A DNA stretch of 53,444 bases, counting the filler, from Sphacelaria rigidula (lineage: Eukaryota): the NCBI GenBank assembly GCA_964200075.2. It is 5 parts of 5 records of this genome, joined end to end, with 100 filler letters (N's around TTAATTAATTAA, not from the genome) between each part and the next. Parts side by side here need not be neighbours in the genome. Positions count along the whole stretch, not along the records: positions 21,421 to 32,029 come from CAXNAA020006207.1; positions 32,130 to 42,737 come from CAXNAA020006208.1; 3 more parts are not named here. One strand, given 5' to 3'. The number at the start of each line of letters is the position of its first letter. The stretch's first letter is position 1. Under the pieces are notes generated by a model, which made no database searches, was not told where the DNA came from, and saw nothing but the letters and a program-made list of their open reading frames with translations. Positions 23,003 to 34,379 of this stretch are shown piece after piece. The position numbers were made by a program, and so were the translations under genes.

Positions 23003-24556
23003 TGGCATGAAGGAAGAACCGTCTTCAAAGCGGGAATTGCAAGAAATATCCCGAATCTCACGCTTTTTCCAGGAATAGGATATGCTATGAAGTACACTGT
23101 CGGCCAACCGCCCAGTATCGTTGTGCACACAAAATGTATCCAACTTGATAAGCAGTGGCACCGAATCGTGGCACGCGCTCGGACTAATTTCCGGGGTGTT
23201 TCCAGACCTTGATTCAAACACTTGCGATACTATAATGCGCATCTGCTCCCTCTTATGAAGTCAAATGGATTTGAACTTCCCTCGTAGGTTTCCATCCTTT
23301 TCAGCACCAATTGCGTGCTCGAAGTGTTGGTATTTACAGGGTAGACCCTGACACAATTCCGAAGGTATGTGAATCCAAATAGAGGGTTCTTCTTTCCTGA
23401 GGTAGCACCCCCGGCGAGGCATCCTCACCAGCCGCGGGGGGAGGGGCGTCGGCGCAGCTCCGTCGTGTTCGCTTGCTAGACAATGCGACGCCTGTTTTTA
23501 TCCAGTTCAAAATGACAATTGTAGCCAGTTAACTGTTGATTAGTTGTTCGATATCGAGAAAGTCGCTGTCGCTCAGCGTTGTTTGTTACATCAGTCCGTG
23601 AAAGCTGCTGAAGAAATATCCACGCCATCGAGGGGCATGAGGGACAAAGAAAGTCATTGGTCATATTTAACTTCAGATACGGAAAGCCTCGGTTCGAAAT
23701 TGAGCCTCGTTTTCAAGAAAACAAAAAAAAACGCTACATTTTACCATACTTCTCCGGCGACGAAAATACAGAAAATATTTGAAATGAAACCCCGACACTA
23801 ACCGTGCAGTAGAAATGAATAACAACAGCTGTTTGTTCACCTTCTACCGCTTCCTGTTGCCGTACTCGTTTCTCCGAATCATTTATGCGTACGAAGAGAT
23901 ACATGTGTTCGAGAGCTTCTCAATAAGCCGCGAGGGTTGGCAATAGCGGTGAATCACACCCGGGTAAATACATGCACACATTACTCAATATTATGGCTCG
24001 AGCCACCGCGCCCCGGTGGTCTAGCTAGTATGCCAATAGTCATGTCCCATGAGCAAGGGAGGTTGCAGGTTTGAGCGGTGACAGGTTACGTATTTTTAGA
24101 CAAATCTGGTTTCCGTCTGTGAAAGCATGCGGAAACGGCTAGCGATCAAAACTTTGACACGAGTGGACGGGGTGCTGGAGTGCTGATGGTCATCATCCAA
24201 TCCTCGACAAAACAATGTGAGGCGAGCCAGGTACCGAGAGAGATGAGTCGCCCTCTTGAGACTGCAGACTCGTCCCGAGGAAGGGCAGGGATCAAACCGA
24301 TGAGGAGAGAAGAAAAGGGCGGCACCAACACTCAAGATTGGTCATTAATCGGTCTGCACCATATATGATATGTAGGCAAAAATAGAATCGGAAGTGCCAG
24401 TCCACCTACCAGTGGTGTGGTACGTGTCCGGTTTTCTCACTGTTCATTATGTTGCATGGATATATGAACTTACCGCGAAAAATAAAAGCCTGGCTTGTGC
24501 AGTATAGTTGGCTAAAATAATTCCCGACTACCATATCCCGTAGGCCGCTAACTCAC

Positions 24557-24732
24557 GTTTTGGAGTTTTTGTCATCTGCGTCGTCCTTCCTGCCGCGGGT
24601 TGTGACGGGGGTTTTGTGTGCCATAGGTTTCCTCGAGCGAGTAGAGTCGATCATCTTCATGTTGGCATGACATAAGTAGTGCGATCCGTTGTAATTAGTC
24701 GTTGTGGCAACGTAAATGCTGTTGATGACGAC
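24557..24732 (-). CDS. Exon-like segment (VVINSIYVATTTNYNGSHYLCHANMKMIDSTRSRKPMAHKTPVTTRGRKDDADDKNSK)
   Basis: ATGCAG| acceptor, |GTGAGT donor, 176 nt open. Confidence 0.6.
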
Positions 24733-24891
24733 CTGCATCCGATAAGTAAACATATATTTTCGAGGAAACACAAACAAAACCATTCAGATTCTTCTGATTG
24801 TTACCGTCGGAGACCGCAGAGAGAGAATCATTCAACAGTGACCTCAGGAAAGGTTTTGACTACCAGGGTATATGAGGAGCTGATTGCTCAC

Positions 24892-24941
24892 CTGGCATAC
24901 CGTTATTGATATCCACCGTTATCACCCAAGTTCAGAACTTC
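24892..24941 (-). pseudogene. 50-nt exon-like segment with a stop in every frame
   Basis: TACACCAG| acceptor and CAG|GTGAGC donor. The best frame is KF*TWVITVDINNGMP. Confidence 0.35.
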
Positions 24942-24971
24942 CTGGTGTACACAGACACGATTAGTGTTACT

Positions 24972-25486
24972 CAGGGCCAGTCACGGGGCTTCGGGACGGG
25001 TGGGACTGGAATTCCCGTCTCCACTGAACGGGACGGCACCGTTTTTCGAAGACCACGGGACGGCGCGCAACCGGACCATTTCTCCGTCGCCAAAGCAATC
25101 GACGAGACGGGAGACGGGAACGGTTTCACGTTGCTGAAAGAACGACGGGGCGGGATGAGAACTGTTTTCGACGCCAACAAAATGACGGGACTGGAGGGGA
25201 AAAGTTGGGGACTAACGGGACGGGACCTGAACGGAAACCCCTTCCCCGTTTTCACGGGAACATGTGTGTGACCTCCCCGGAAGAAGCGCGATGGGACCAT
25301 AGTTCAGTGCCGCGATGCTTGGACACGTTCACGAAGAAACAATGGCCTGTTCTGAGGTACAACACCTGACAATAGCAGTTGCTACATATTAGCGACGGGA
25401 AAAACGGGTCCCGTCCCGTTCCGTGACTTTGGGGGGTGGCGGGGAATCCCAACCCGTCACGTCCCCAAGCCCTGTGACAAGCCCTG
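24972..25486. mobile_element. hAT-like MITE with subterminal GGGACGG repeats
   Basis: Left end CAGGGCCAGTCACGGGGCTTCGGGACG matches the reverse complement of the right end, CAGGGCTTGTCACAGGGCTTGGGGACG. Many ACGGGAC/CCCGT words. No 8-bp TSD visible. Confidence 0.7.
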
Positions 25487-25669
25487 GCCCATTCGATCGT
25501 GGCCGTTCACCCTTCCATACGAGATGAAAAATGTGCCGCAGAAGAGATCGGAGCATGAAAATGCACGAAAACCACCTTCCCATACCCTATATTTGCAATG
25601 ATCCACTCAAGTTCCCGTCAGGTTCGACGGCAATTACCGTTCCATTCACGGAAATTCTCGTCCAACCTG

Positions 25670-25887
25670 CAGAAATTCACGTGGGGCATATCACCATTTT
25701 CTCGCGAAAACGGAACGGAGCGAGGACGTTTACCCATTGTCGAAAACCTGATGAGACGGGATGGGACCTCTTCCCGTCGCGTCAAGATGGCACGGGATCG
25801 TTTTTCCGTCGCCAAAAACATGACAGGATGGGACGGGAGTTCTCGTCCCGTGCACTTTCCCACGAGACCTTCCCGTGACAAGCCCTG
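25670..25887. mobile_element. Partial second copy of the GGGACGG MITE family (right end only)
   Basis: Ends in CCCGTGACAAGCCCTG, like 25471-25486. Confidence 0.6.
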
Positions 25888-26120
25888 GCATTCATTATAT
25901 AGGCTTCACGAATATGTTCAATGCAGCAAGTGGTATGCGGTAAAGACATATTCCCAGAGTAAGTAGGATGTGCGGTTCTGTTAAATGGCCATCCGAAACA
26001 ACGATAATGTACCCATCGGAGCGCAGCCTACGATGCCGCTGCCGGAGCCACACAGGCGACGATTTTCCCACGGCGTTCAAATTATTTGAGTATGTAGCTA
26101 TGCTCTTGTATTCGTCTTAC

Positions 26121-26230
26121 CTTGTGACCACGATGTAGTTCTTCTTCATCCAAGTCTACGTATGCTCAATGCACCACTTCGTGTATGCGGTTTTGCCGAC
26201 GACAGCTTTGTTGTGAAGATCTCAAACGCT
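26121..26230 (-). pseudogene. Exon-like remnant (VVGKTAYTKWCIEHT*TWMKKNYIVVT)
   Basis: Strong AAG|GTAAGA donor at 26121/26120 and GC3-rich codons, but an in-frame stop and an apparent frameshift. Confidence 0.35.
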
Positions 26231-26530
26231 TCGAGGGCAGCGGGTTATTAAAAAAATGACAGCGGTAACTCTTCTCACTCAAGTCGTGAATTGACCAACT
26301 CCTGGTTTCCTAAATATGCAGTTCAGTCAATGCACCCCGGATAAACACCGAAGCCCTTGCTTGCGTGTTCTTGTCCTGGCGAACGCTTTTGTTTCAAAGC
26401 CCGAGGGCGTGAGTAGGAAAGAAACTCGACGAGAGTCGACGCGGTCCAGGGGCGCTGATCCAACCCGGTATACCAACATGTCAGGCGTGTGTCGGGGGTT
26501 GGGAGGATGAGTTGATCCCGTGAGAGTTTT

Positions 26531-27060
26531 GATTGATTTTTGATTGATTGTCCCACCTGAACTGACCCCCCAGGGGTCCAGCCGTGGTCTCATGATAGAC
26601 GTACCCAACAAAAACGAACCTGAAACACGCTCTGAAGAAAAAAAGGAATAGAAAGAAAAAAAAAACGACGAACAGACCGACATAGCAGACTAAGTCGTAA
26701 CAAAAAAGCAATGAATAAATCGACATAAGCAAAGCACAGAGAGAAATGGCCGACCTATAACAAAAAAGGGAAAAGAAGAGGGAAGTAAAGAGCAAATACC
26801 ATACAATACAATAAAAAGAGTACGGACTCGTTTCGAGGAAGGGGAGCGGTTGAACTCCCAACGGTAGATAGTCGTTCGGGGTGCGTTGACGGAAAATCGA
26901 AAGTCTGTAATTCAGGTCTAGAGCGTGAAAAACTAGGAGGTAGTCCCCGATCTGGAACACAGAAGACACTCTGATCTGCATGAATACCCTGGCCGATAAG
27001 ATGATACTCGGAAGTTGATTTACAATTGCCCACCAACCAGGCGTTCACGTTTTGCGGCAT
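26531..27060 (-). mobile_element. Retroposon (LINE/SINE) 3' region with (AATC)n tail
   Basis: Minus strand T-rich tract, then TACGTCTATCATGAGACCACGGCTGGACCCCTGGGGGTCAG...ACAATCAATCAAAAATCAATC. The 5' limit is approximate. Confidence 0.65.
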
Positions 27061-27540
27061 ACTCTTGTGTTTACTATGTACATATATGTATATACATGCA
27101 CGTAGTGTGCTGCCTTTTGATGGTGTGAGCGAAGCTAAAACATGAAGAACAACCCGCTGATTCTTCCCTCTTCCTATTTTCTATTCTATTGTATCATCCC
27201 CACGAAGCATTTCTGAGAAGGTCAGCGCGTCTCGCACAAACACGCACACCGTTTCGTCTCGGCTGTGCATATCTCCACACTGATCCAACCACCGATCGCA
27301 CGGACATGTTACCCGACGGTGTACTCGAATCAAAACGCCTCTGTGTATAATGCGGGGAAGAGCACGAGGGAGGGAGAGAGAGAGTGACCAACAAACAGTG
27401 AGGGTCGTTGACCTGAATGAAGGTAAGCACCAACAACATTGAGACATTGAGTGAGTCAGATCCTTGGTAACATCGAAGAGGAGATGAAAGTAATGCCGAT
27501 CACTTCGCAATCATGTTGCTTCTGTGGTCTCAGACGATAC

Positions 27541-27742
27541 CCAAACCACAATTTTGTTGTTCCTCAAGTAGCAAGGTTAGAGGTGATACGCTGTCTCCCT
27601 GTTTGAATTGCGAGTACTGTGCGTAGACCAACATGGCGTACTTCGTGGGGGCCTGTGCCACCTCCTTGGGATAACTGTTTTTACCATATCCCCACTTGTA
27701 TTGAAATTCTGGCGTGGAATACCGAAGAATGTTGAATGATCG
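27541..27742 (-). CDS. Exon-like segment (RSFNILRYSTPEFQYKWGYGKNSYPKEVAQAPTKYAMLVYAQYSQFKQGDSVSPLTLLLEEQQNCGL)
   Basis: Pyrimidine-rich ...CTTTCATGGGTAG| acceptor, 67 open codons, weak |GTATCG donor. Confidence 0.4.
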
Positions 27743-28119
27743 CTACCCATGAAAGACCAGAATAAACGTACTACGTGCGCCAACTTCTCAGTAACACTAT
27801 CACATATACAATCCATTCCTGCAGGCTACCTGGAAATTCTGCTTTTGGTAGTCCCAGACATTATTTTCTTAAAATATTAGACAAAAGAAAATAACAAGCG
27901 CATTTACCGCACCTCCCTCCCTCCCTTCCCGACGGGAGCGGAGAATGTTGAAGTCTTCCATACTCGTTTCTCGGCGAGAATATCGAAAACCACGCTTTGT
28001 CTCGCGATGTCTCACGAACGTTGTCCATGCCCCCTATGTCTCCTTGACACTACTGTAGATCTGGTTAGGATGAAGTAGGGTTTAGGGTAGGGCCGTTCAA
28101 GGCGTCGATACCCATCTAA

Positions 28120-28300
28120 ACACCCTGTACTACTCAGTACTTTGAAGTCTCGACACCTTAGGTATCCTGAAGGACTCGGTATTCCGACAACCGATACTCG
28201 AAGTACCCTGGAATACTCTGTACTTTGAGGTATCGATATTCTAGGTACCCTGGCGTGCTCGGTGCCTTACTGTGTCGATCTCCGAGATAAATTCAGAATA
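28120..28300. repeat. Degenerate GTACT/GATACTC-rich tandem-type repeat
   Basis: Recurring TACTC.GTAC/GGTACCCTG/TCGATA words at short spacing. Confidence 0.5.
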
Positions 28301-28329
28301 CCTGATCCTGCAGAGCCGCCGGGTGAGCG

Positions 28330-28717
28330 TTTCTATCCTAACAGTCCGGTCTTCAGATAGCTAAATCATAACCGAGGTCTATGGCCTTGCGTCTTGAATG
28401 GCCTCCTTGTCGGAAACCTTGCCGGGGGATTGTCTGACGTGTTCTCGGGACCGGTCCTAGATTGTAGCCTGGTGTTCTTCGTATTTTTTTTCTTACTTCT
28501 TTTGATATTTTCCCTACTTTTCGTTTCGTTTACTCGCTTTCCCTCTAGTTTCCCCCTTCATTTCGTTCCCTTCCCCGCCCCTTTCTCGAGTAGATGCCTT
28601 CAGCGAGTGTCTTCCGCGTATCTACCTTGGATACGTCTATCCTTTGGACAATGATCACGGCTGGACTAGTTTCGGATTAGCTATCGTGCGGTAATCAATC
28701 AACCGGTCGATCAATCA
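28330..28717 (+). mobile_element. Retroposon 3' region with (AATC)n tail, related to 26531-27060
   Basis: T/C-rich tract, then TACGTCTATC...ATGATCACGGCTGGAC...GGTAATCAATCAACC..ATCAATCA. The 5' limit is approximate. Confidence 0.65.
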
Positions 28718-28722
28718 TGTAC

Positions 28723-28921
28723 CTTGATATGGTGGTGAGCTTGATACTCGGTGTGATTGGCAATCCTTGCACCACGGACAGGCCGAGGCCGTAAAACGCG
28801 AACGAGGCGAAAGCTACCAGCGATACCGGCGTGAAGAAGCGAGTGCTGAAGAGCTGCATCAGTCCCATCGTGAGAAGGGTGCCAAACACGGCACTGTAGA
28901 CCATCAGGTACTTTGTTTTCA
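28723..28921 (-). CDS. Internal exon of a membrane protein, two hydrophobic helices (YLMVYSAVFGTLLTMGLMQLFSTRFFTPVSLVAFASFAFYGLGLSVVQGLPITPSIKLTTIS)
   Basis: CCAACAG| acceptor (alternative AAAG| at 28911), AAG|GTACAT donor, strongly GC3-biased codons, no stops. Confidence 0.75.
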
Positions 28922-28933
28922 CTGTTGGTGGTC

Positions 28934-28981
28934 ATGATGATGGCCGTGATGATTGATGATCACATGATGATGATGATGGTT

Positions 28982-29014
<33 letters not shown>

Positions 29015-29075
29015 GTTATGATGATGATGGTTATGATGGTGATGATGTTGATGATGATGATGATGATGATGTTAT

Positions 29076-29107
<32 letters not shown>

Positions 29108-29177
29108 GTGATGATGGTGATGATGATGATGGTTATGATGGTTATGATGGTGATGATGGTGATGATGGTGATGATGG

Positions 29178-29223
<46 letters not shown>

Positions 29224-29267
29224 GGTTATGATGTTGATGATGGTGATGATGATGATGATGATGATGT

Positions 29268-29302
<35 letters not shown>

Positions 29303-29354
29303 GTGATGATGGTGATGATGATGATGGTTATGATGGTGATGATGGTGATGATGG

Positions 29355-29404
<50 letters not shown>

Positions 29405-29459
29405 GCAGGAATGGTCACGATGATGACGACGATGACAATGATGATCAAATCATGATGAT
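28934..29459. repeat. ~525-bp imperfect (GAT)n/(ATC)n microsatellite
   Basis: Continuous GAT units with GGT/GTT/TAT variants. Confidence 0.98.
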
Positions 29460-30233
29460 CAAATGTCGTTGACCAGCGAGGTAAATGTTCCATGTTGGCG
29501 ACGGGAGTACCCAGAAATATGCATGTTTTTTCGAAATGGAGAAAAGGGAAGTAAGTTACTAAACGCATTCGTTCCCGCTATTCAACCATCAAAGATGGTG
29601 AAGTATTTTGGTTGCGCGTTGATGATCGAACAATGTTTATGCCTTGACTGCGCGAAGGTCTTGGGAATCATACAGTAGGAGCAAACAGTAATTCGTGCAA
29701 CGTCACAAATAAAGGTTCACCGGCAATAAAAAGGCATGTATTGAGAACTCCTTGCATAGTCTTTACCGACTCGTTAGGTGATTTGTGCCAAGGTACTCCG
29801 CAGTCCAAGGATCAAAACGTGTGCATATTTAACCGTTCCAGTCACAGGTGTAATCGCACGTGACACACATATGTCCACGTACCTTCTCCGCGCCTCAAGT
29901 ATAGGGCGTTACGATATTAGATGCACTTGATCTAACTACTTGATGATACGTTTTTCTTTGTTTTCCCAAATCCTATTGCTTTTCGGATGAGATCCTGAAA
30001 TGTGTGGTGAAAATCGGCAAAGTCCATTACAAGTTTGCGCAGCGCAAAAATCAAGACGTCCGCCGAAAAATACTGTATTTCGTTTTCTCAATTTTACAGC
30101 GTTGCAAGGGAAGAGGAATATATAGGTAAAGGTGGATCAACTTTGAGACCATGAGTACCGCAGAGAATATACGTCGAAATGGAACTCACAGTAAATCATA
30201 CTGGCGCCCTAGACCTTAACGTTTGGTGAACTC

Positions 30234-30293
30234 ATACTACCGGCAGCAGTGAATATATACTACCGGCAGCAGGAAATATATACTACCGGCAGC
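30234..30293. repeat. 23-bp tandem repeat, ~2.6 copies
   Basis: TACTACCGGCAGC at 30235, 30258 and 30281. Confidence 0.9.
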
Positions 30294-31094
30294 GACCCTC
30301 AACAACATTTACGCGTCAGTGGCCCCACTCGATGAGTTCGCCGTGATCCCGCAAACGCAAAACAAGTTCGCACCAATAATTTCAAACAGGTCATAGGAGA
30401 ACGCATTTTTATTCGTATATATGCCTTCTCAGAATGTCAGACTCATGAATGACCATTAGAAATTGCAAAGACACGGAGTTACATAGAAAATCATTTCAAA
30501 TCGATAGCCGGGACCCATGAAGTGTACGCAAATGCTCGACCTACTGAGCATAAACTCCCAGATGAAGAAATTGATTGTTCCTATTTCGGATATCCAATCT
30601 TTACATACACAAACCACCGGAGTAATCGACACAAAGCAACAAACTGGCCGAAGGGCGAAATTGACATTCTCGACAAAATCAAAAGCACGGAAATACGAGC
30701 CAACGGTAGGACCAAAGAGGAGGCCATTAAGATCCCGATATTGTCTCGTGGTAATGTTATAATGGATACTGTGAGGATCTTACCTTCCGCATGAGCTACA
30801 GTGGGGATCAATTTAACATGTGTGGAGTTCTAGCACTAGTCTGAAAGTTTATCGAGCTGTTCATTTCCATATATCTATATCAGGAATTTCTCAAAAAAAC
30901 TGTGAATATTGGTCCTTTTGGAGGCGATGATTTTTGTTTTGCAAAAAAACGTCTGGACATTAACTTTCCAGAGCCGATGTCATAGAGTATCTTCATAAAC
31001 AATCATTCCGATCAGTCCCCCCGACAACCAGTTGATCGCGTAAGATATTGGACATGAGCAATCGACACTTTCTACGATAGCCCCCCCCCCCCTA

Positions 31095-31252
31095 AAAAGC
31101 AACTCATTGTAGGCTGTCATCCAAATGCGAGATAATCAGTACGCCTCGGGCCGAACAATCTTAGCAGACAATCTTAGCAGGATGCAGCTCACCCTGCATG
31201 CGACTCGCCGATAACACCACGGCGCTTCGCGCTTGGTGATTGAGTGCGAGCC
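31095..31252 (+). repeat. Second copy of the 10250-10610 dispersed repeat, with a local duplication
   Basis: Near-identical to 10534-10610; ACAATCTTAGCAG is duplicated; preceded by a C-run. Confidence 0.8.
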
Positions 31253-31782
31253 TGGTCCGGCGAGAACCCTTTTTCGAAAGATTCTTATTTTTTCTAAGTG
31301 ATTGGCATCGTTGAAAAGAACTCGCCTGACAGCTCATGTTTGTGGATGAAGAGTCCTGAGGTTCATTGTACTACGTTTCTGCACACGAGGATAAACGACT
31401 CAACAAATTTTCATAAAGAGATGAAGGAACGTTCGTGTCTACAGAATGTTGCGCACCCTCAAATGAGGAAGTTGACTTCGACACAAATTGCCTGCTTTTA
31501 ATTCCGGGTGGCGCGGACTTTTTTTCTTTGGCAGTGCGTGGGCACCTCGGAATTGTCTGGTCCCCTTCGGGAGGACGCGCCCTCTTGTTGTGTTGCTCTT
31601 ACTGCCGTCACATTAACCCTTTTCAGACGGGACCCCACTAAACAGGTGTTGAACCCTGGTCTGCACGCAGGATTCATTTGTGAATCGGCGCCATTTTCAG
31701 TCGCCTTCAAGTGGAAATGATGCCGACTCATAATGGGCTCCCCCCCCCCCGGTTGGTCTACTCCGGTCTCAACAGGGTTCAA

Positions 31783-31890
31783 GGTTCGGACGAATAAATG
31801 ATTCGTCTGGAAATTACTTGGTTTCAGTATAACTGACTCGTACCGCACTGATCAATCCTTGGGCTTTGTTTTTATAGCGTTGCAACCCCG
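31783..31890. repeat. Dispersed repeat, inverse copy at ~38785-38885
   Basis: ATCAATCCTTGGGCTTTGTTT...CGTTGCA is the reverse complement of TGCAACG...AAACAAAGCCCAAGGATTGAT. The flanking GATTCGTCTG/CAGACGAATC also match. Confidence 0.75.
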
Positions 31891-31894
31891 CCGC

Positions 31895-32029
31895 GCCCCG
31901 GTCGTGTAGTGGTCCGACTGTCGCCATTAGGGTGGAGAGAACGGGGGTTCGATTCCCGATGCGTTGGGTTTTTTCTTTGTAAAGTGTGATGTCCACCGTG
32001 GAAAGCGTGAGAACGTGAGTAGACGCGGT
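31895..32029 (+). mobile_element. tRNA-derived SINE head (pseudo-tRNA), truncated by scaffold end
   Basis: GCCCCGGTCGTGTAGTGG (A box) and GGGGGTTCGATTCCCG (B box/T-arm) at tRNA spacing, but the acceptor-stem halves do not pair. Confidence 0.65.
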
Positions 32030-32129
32030 NNNNNNNNNNNNNNNNNNNNNNNNNNNNNNNNNNNNNNNNNNNNTTAATTAATTAANNNNNNNNNNNNNNN
32101 NNNNNNNNNNNNNNNNNNNNNNNNNNNNN
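32030..32129. other. Artificial scaffold-concatenation linker
   Basis: 44 N + TTAATTAATTAA + 44 N. Confidence 0.98.
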
Positions 32130-32200
32130 GCTGATGCGCCCACATATCCCGAAAGGGGTAGACTGGCGCCCAGAATAAATGGGACGACAGCACACAACAC
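32130..32200 (+). mobile_element. 3' end of the tRNA-SINE family
   Basis: GCTGATGCGCCCACATATCCCGAAAGGGGTAGACTGGCGCCCAGAATAAATGGGACGACAGCACACAAC, near-identical to 10856-10922. Confidence 0.85.
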
Positions 32201-32977
32201 GCAGTTTGCATTGACTTGTGCCGTATTCGCGTCGACTTGATCGTGTGTTGGCCGAACCCTGACGTCCTTCGTACTCGGTGAAACCTGATGAAAAACCCGT
32301 GATGATGGAAACAACAGGTGGTGGTGATTCAAGCGCACAACGCAAACCCAATTCAGTATGTGGAAAAAAACACGGACCCGGTTGTTGTGGAGCAGTTGGC
32401 GAGGCTGGACACTGAATTCGGCGTCGGTGCTTTCGGTCTTTGCGCGGTAAGTGGATTTTCGTACTATTTCGAGAAAGAGATTTCGTTTTTTTCTTGTGTT
32501 GGAGTCCTCGGACCTTCTCACATTGGGTTAGCCGGTGGCCCTCCACTAGATATTAATGGGAATACCTTGCATGTACTGTCTCAGCTGCTCTAGGTCCCCG
32601 TTACACATCGTGTTCAAGTAGCGAAGGCCTCGCCGTATTGAGTAAGAGTGCTCTTTGGAGGATAATCGCCAGCAAACACTTGCAGAAGGAATGAAACTTG
32701 AAGATCTGCCTTGATGCAGCTCAGTGGAGGATGCGACGTACTTTGTCGGGAACGTGGGTACTTTTGTGCGGGCCATTGATTATTTCATAGCCCTCGAAGC
32801 TGCGTGAGCTGTGACCACGTGGAAAAGGTAGGGTACTCGGACCAATGGTTGACTCGGCTGTGTTTCGTTCGGTCGATGTTTTCGGGGGGCAGAGTCGTTA
32901 GTATAGGGACGCGCCTGATGACGTTGAATTTGATTCAACAACAAAGCTGATCCATTAATATGGTGCCTCGCCTTCAA
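32200..32977 (-). pseudogene. Possible decayed coding remnant, unidentified
   Basis: ORFs 32780-32977, 32546-32776 and 32078-32521 share one frame, giving ~260 codons with 3 stops. No motif recognised. Confidence 0.3.
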
Positions 32978-33285
32978 CTTAGCTGAGACGGCACTTTCTG
33001 TTGCGTTTTAACGGCGACTACCGTATCGTAGCGGTCGGCGCGCGCAGCCGGTTGTTACCTTGGTGTCAGAAAGAAGCGGGTTATGCCTGGTTGGAGACAA
33101 AGTTGATTTGAATGAGGAGACGAAGGCGGGGGGGGGGGGGGCGGAGCGGGGGGGCGACGGAGCGACGGAACGGGAGTTGCAGCTCAGGGACTGCACTNNN
33201 NNNNNNNGGGGGGGGGGGGTCGGGTGTGGTGGTGGGTTGTGAGGGAGGAGAGGGGGGGGGGGGGGGGGGGGGGAGGAGGTGGTGT

Positions 33286-33324
<39 letters not shown>

Positions 33325-34379
33325 CGGAGCGGCGGAGCGACGGAGCGACGGAACGGTAGTTGCAGCTCAGTGACTGCACTGTACTAGCAGTATCGCTGCT
33401 AAACTGTGGACAAATTGTAGGCACATGGACGAACTAGAGCCCACGACGGCACGTATGGTACTTGCACCGACTGTGCACTACAACGTGGGTACTCAGCGAT
33501 AGATGTGCGTGTGTTCGTTCCACTTTCAGCTTTGAAGTGTACGCGTGCTGTGTGGCACCATATGTGCTGACACGATCAATCTTTTACGTCGAAAATCCGA
33601 AATGTTGTTCATCCCACGTCTTTTGCCGCCGTTTATCTTTTGCGCCACGTAAGACAGTTTCTTCTTTCGCAGTCTCAGTGAACGTCCGAAGGCTGTGCTT
33701 GTTATTGCGCAGTAGTGAAGAAACAAACAAAAACGCGTTGAACGCGTTTCACGCAATATCTGGTATAATGTTCCGAAATTGCCGCTATCAGATGCTACTT
33801 TTTGCTTCGCGTTCTTCGAGAGGGTGTCCTACGCTTCTCCGGAGAGAAGCAAAGTTTTGTTTCGCGACTCACGTACGAATCATTCGTGAATTCCAAGGTG
33901 CCTGTCCAGTATTTGCCGGTTTCCCCCTGTCGACAAGCGAAAGCTGCTGGGGTTCATGATAAATCATTTGAAGTTGTGGCAAACGTCTATTCCTTTCATG
34001 TTTCGTCCTGTACGTGCGATTTATCGAAGTTCATCTCCACTCAACCAGGCCTTGCGGTGGAGTCTTTCTCCCGTGTCTCGTAGATGCTGGGTCTTTGAAA
34101 CAAACAGCTATTTCTACCTGTGACGTTGTTGTCGCCAATAACCGTCTGTTGCACAAGCCGGGTGTACGGAGGAGCTATGTGGCACCACAAGTTGTGTCGG
34201 TTCGCGTGTGCTGGTGAACTGCCAAGTCAGGCTTGGTACCACGGTGCCAGGTCTAGGACGCTCGCAACAGATCTTCAAGAGGATTCGCCGCGGTTCTCTG
34301 TAGCTCAAAACACGATAGTAAAAGACAGCAGTAGCGTATGCGAAGGATCAGCCGTGTTTACACACGCCTGATAGCTTTG

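Noticed and set aside
28913-29568. Poly-Met (180 aa) and poly-Ile (202 aa) ORFs
   Set aside because: These are reading frames of a trinucleotide microsatellite.
31895-31965. Functional tRNA gene
   Set aside because: The acceptor and anticodon stems do not pair; treated as a SINE head.
32284-32320. Hammerhead ribozyme (CTGATGA...GAAAC)
   Set aside because: No stem II pairing between the core motifs and no closing stems I/III were found.
33120-33380. Direct repeat around a G-rich tract and gap (G-quadruplex or Gly/Pro-rich ORF)
   Set aside because: The first copy differs from the second mainly by changes to G and flanks an N gap. This is typical of poor G-run reads and duplicated gap flanks.
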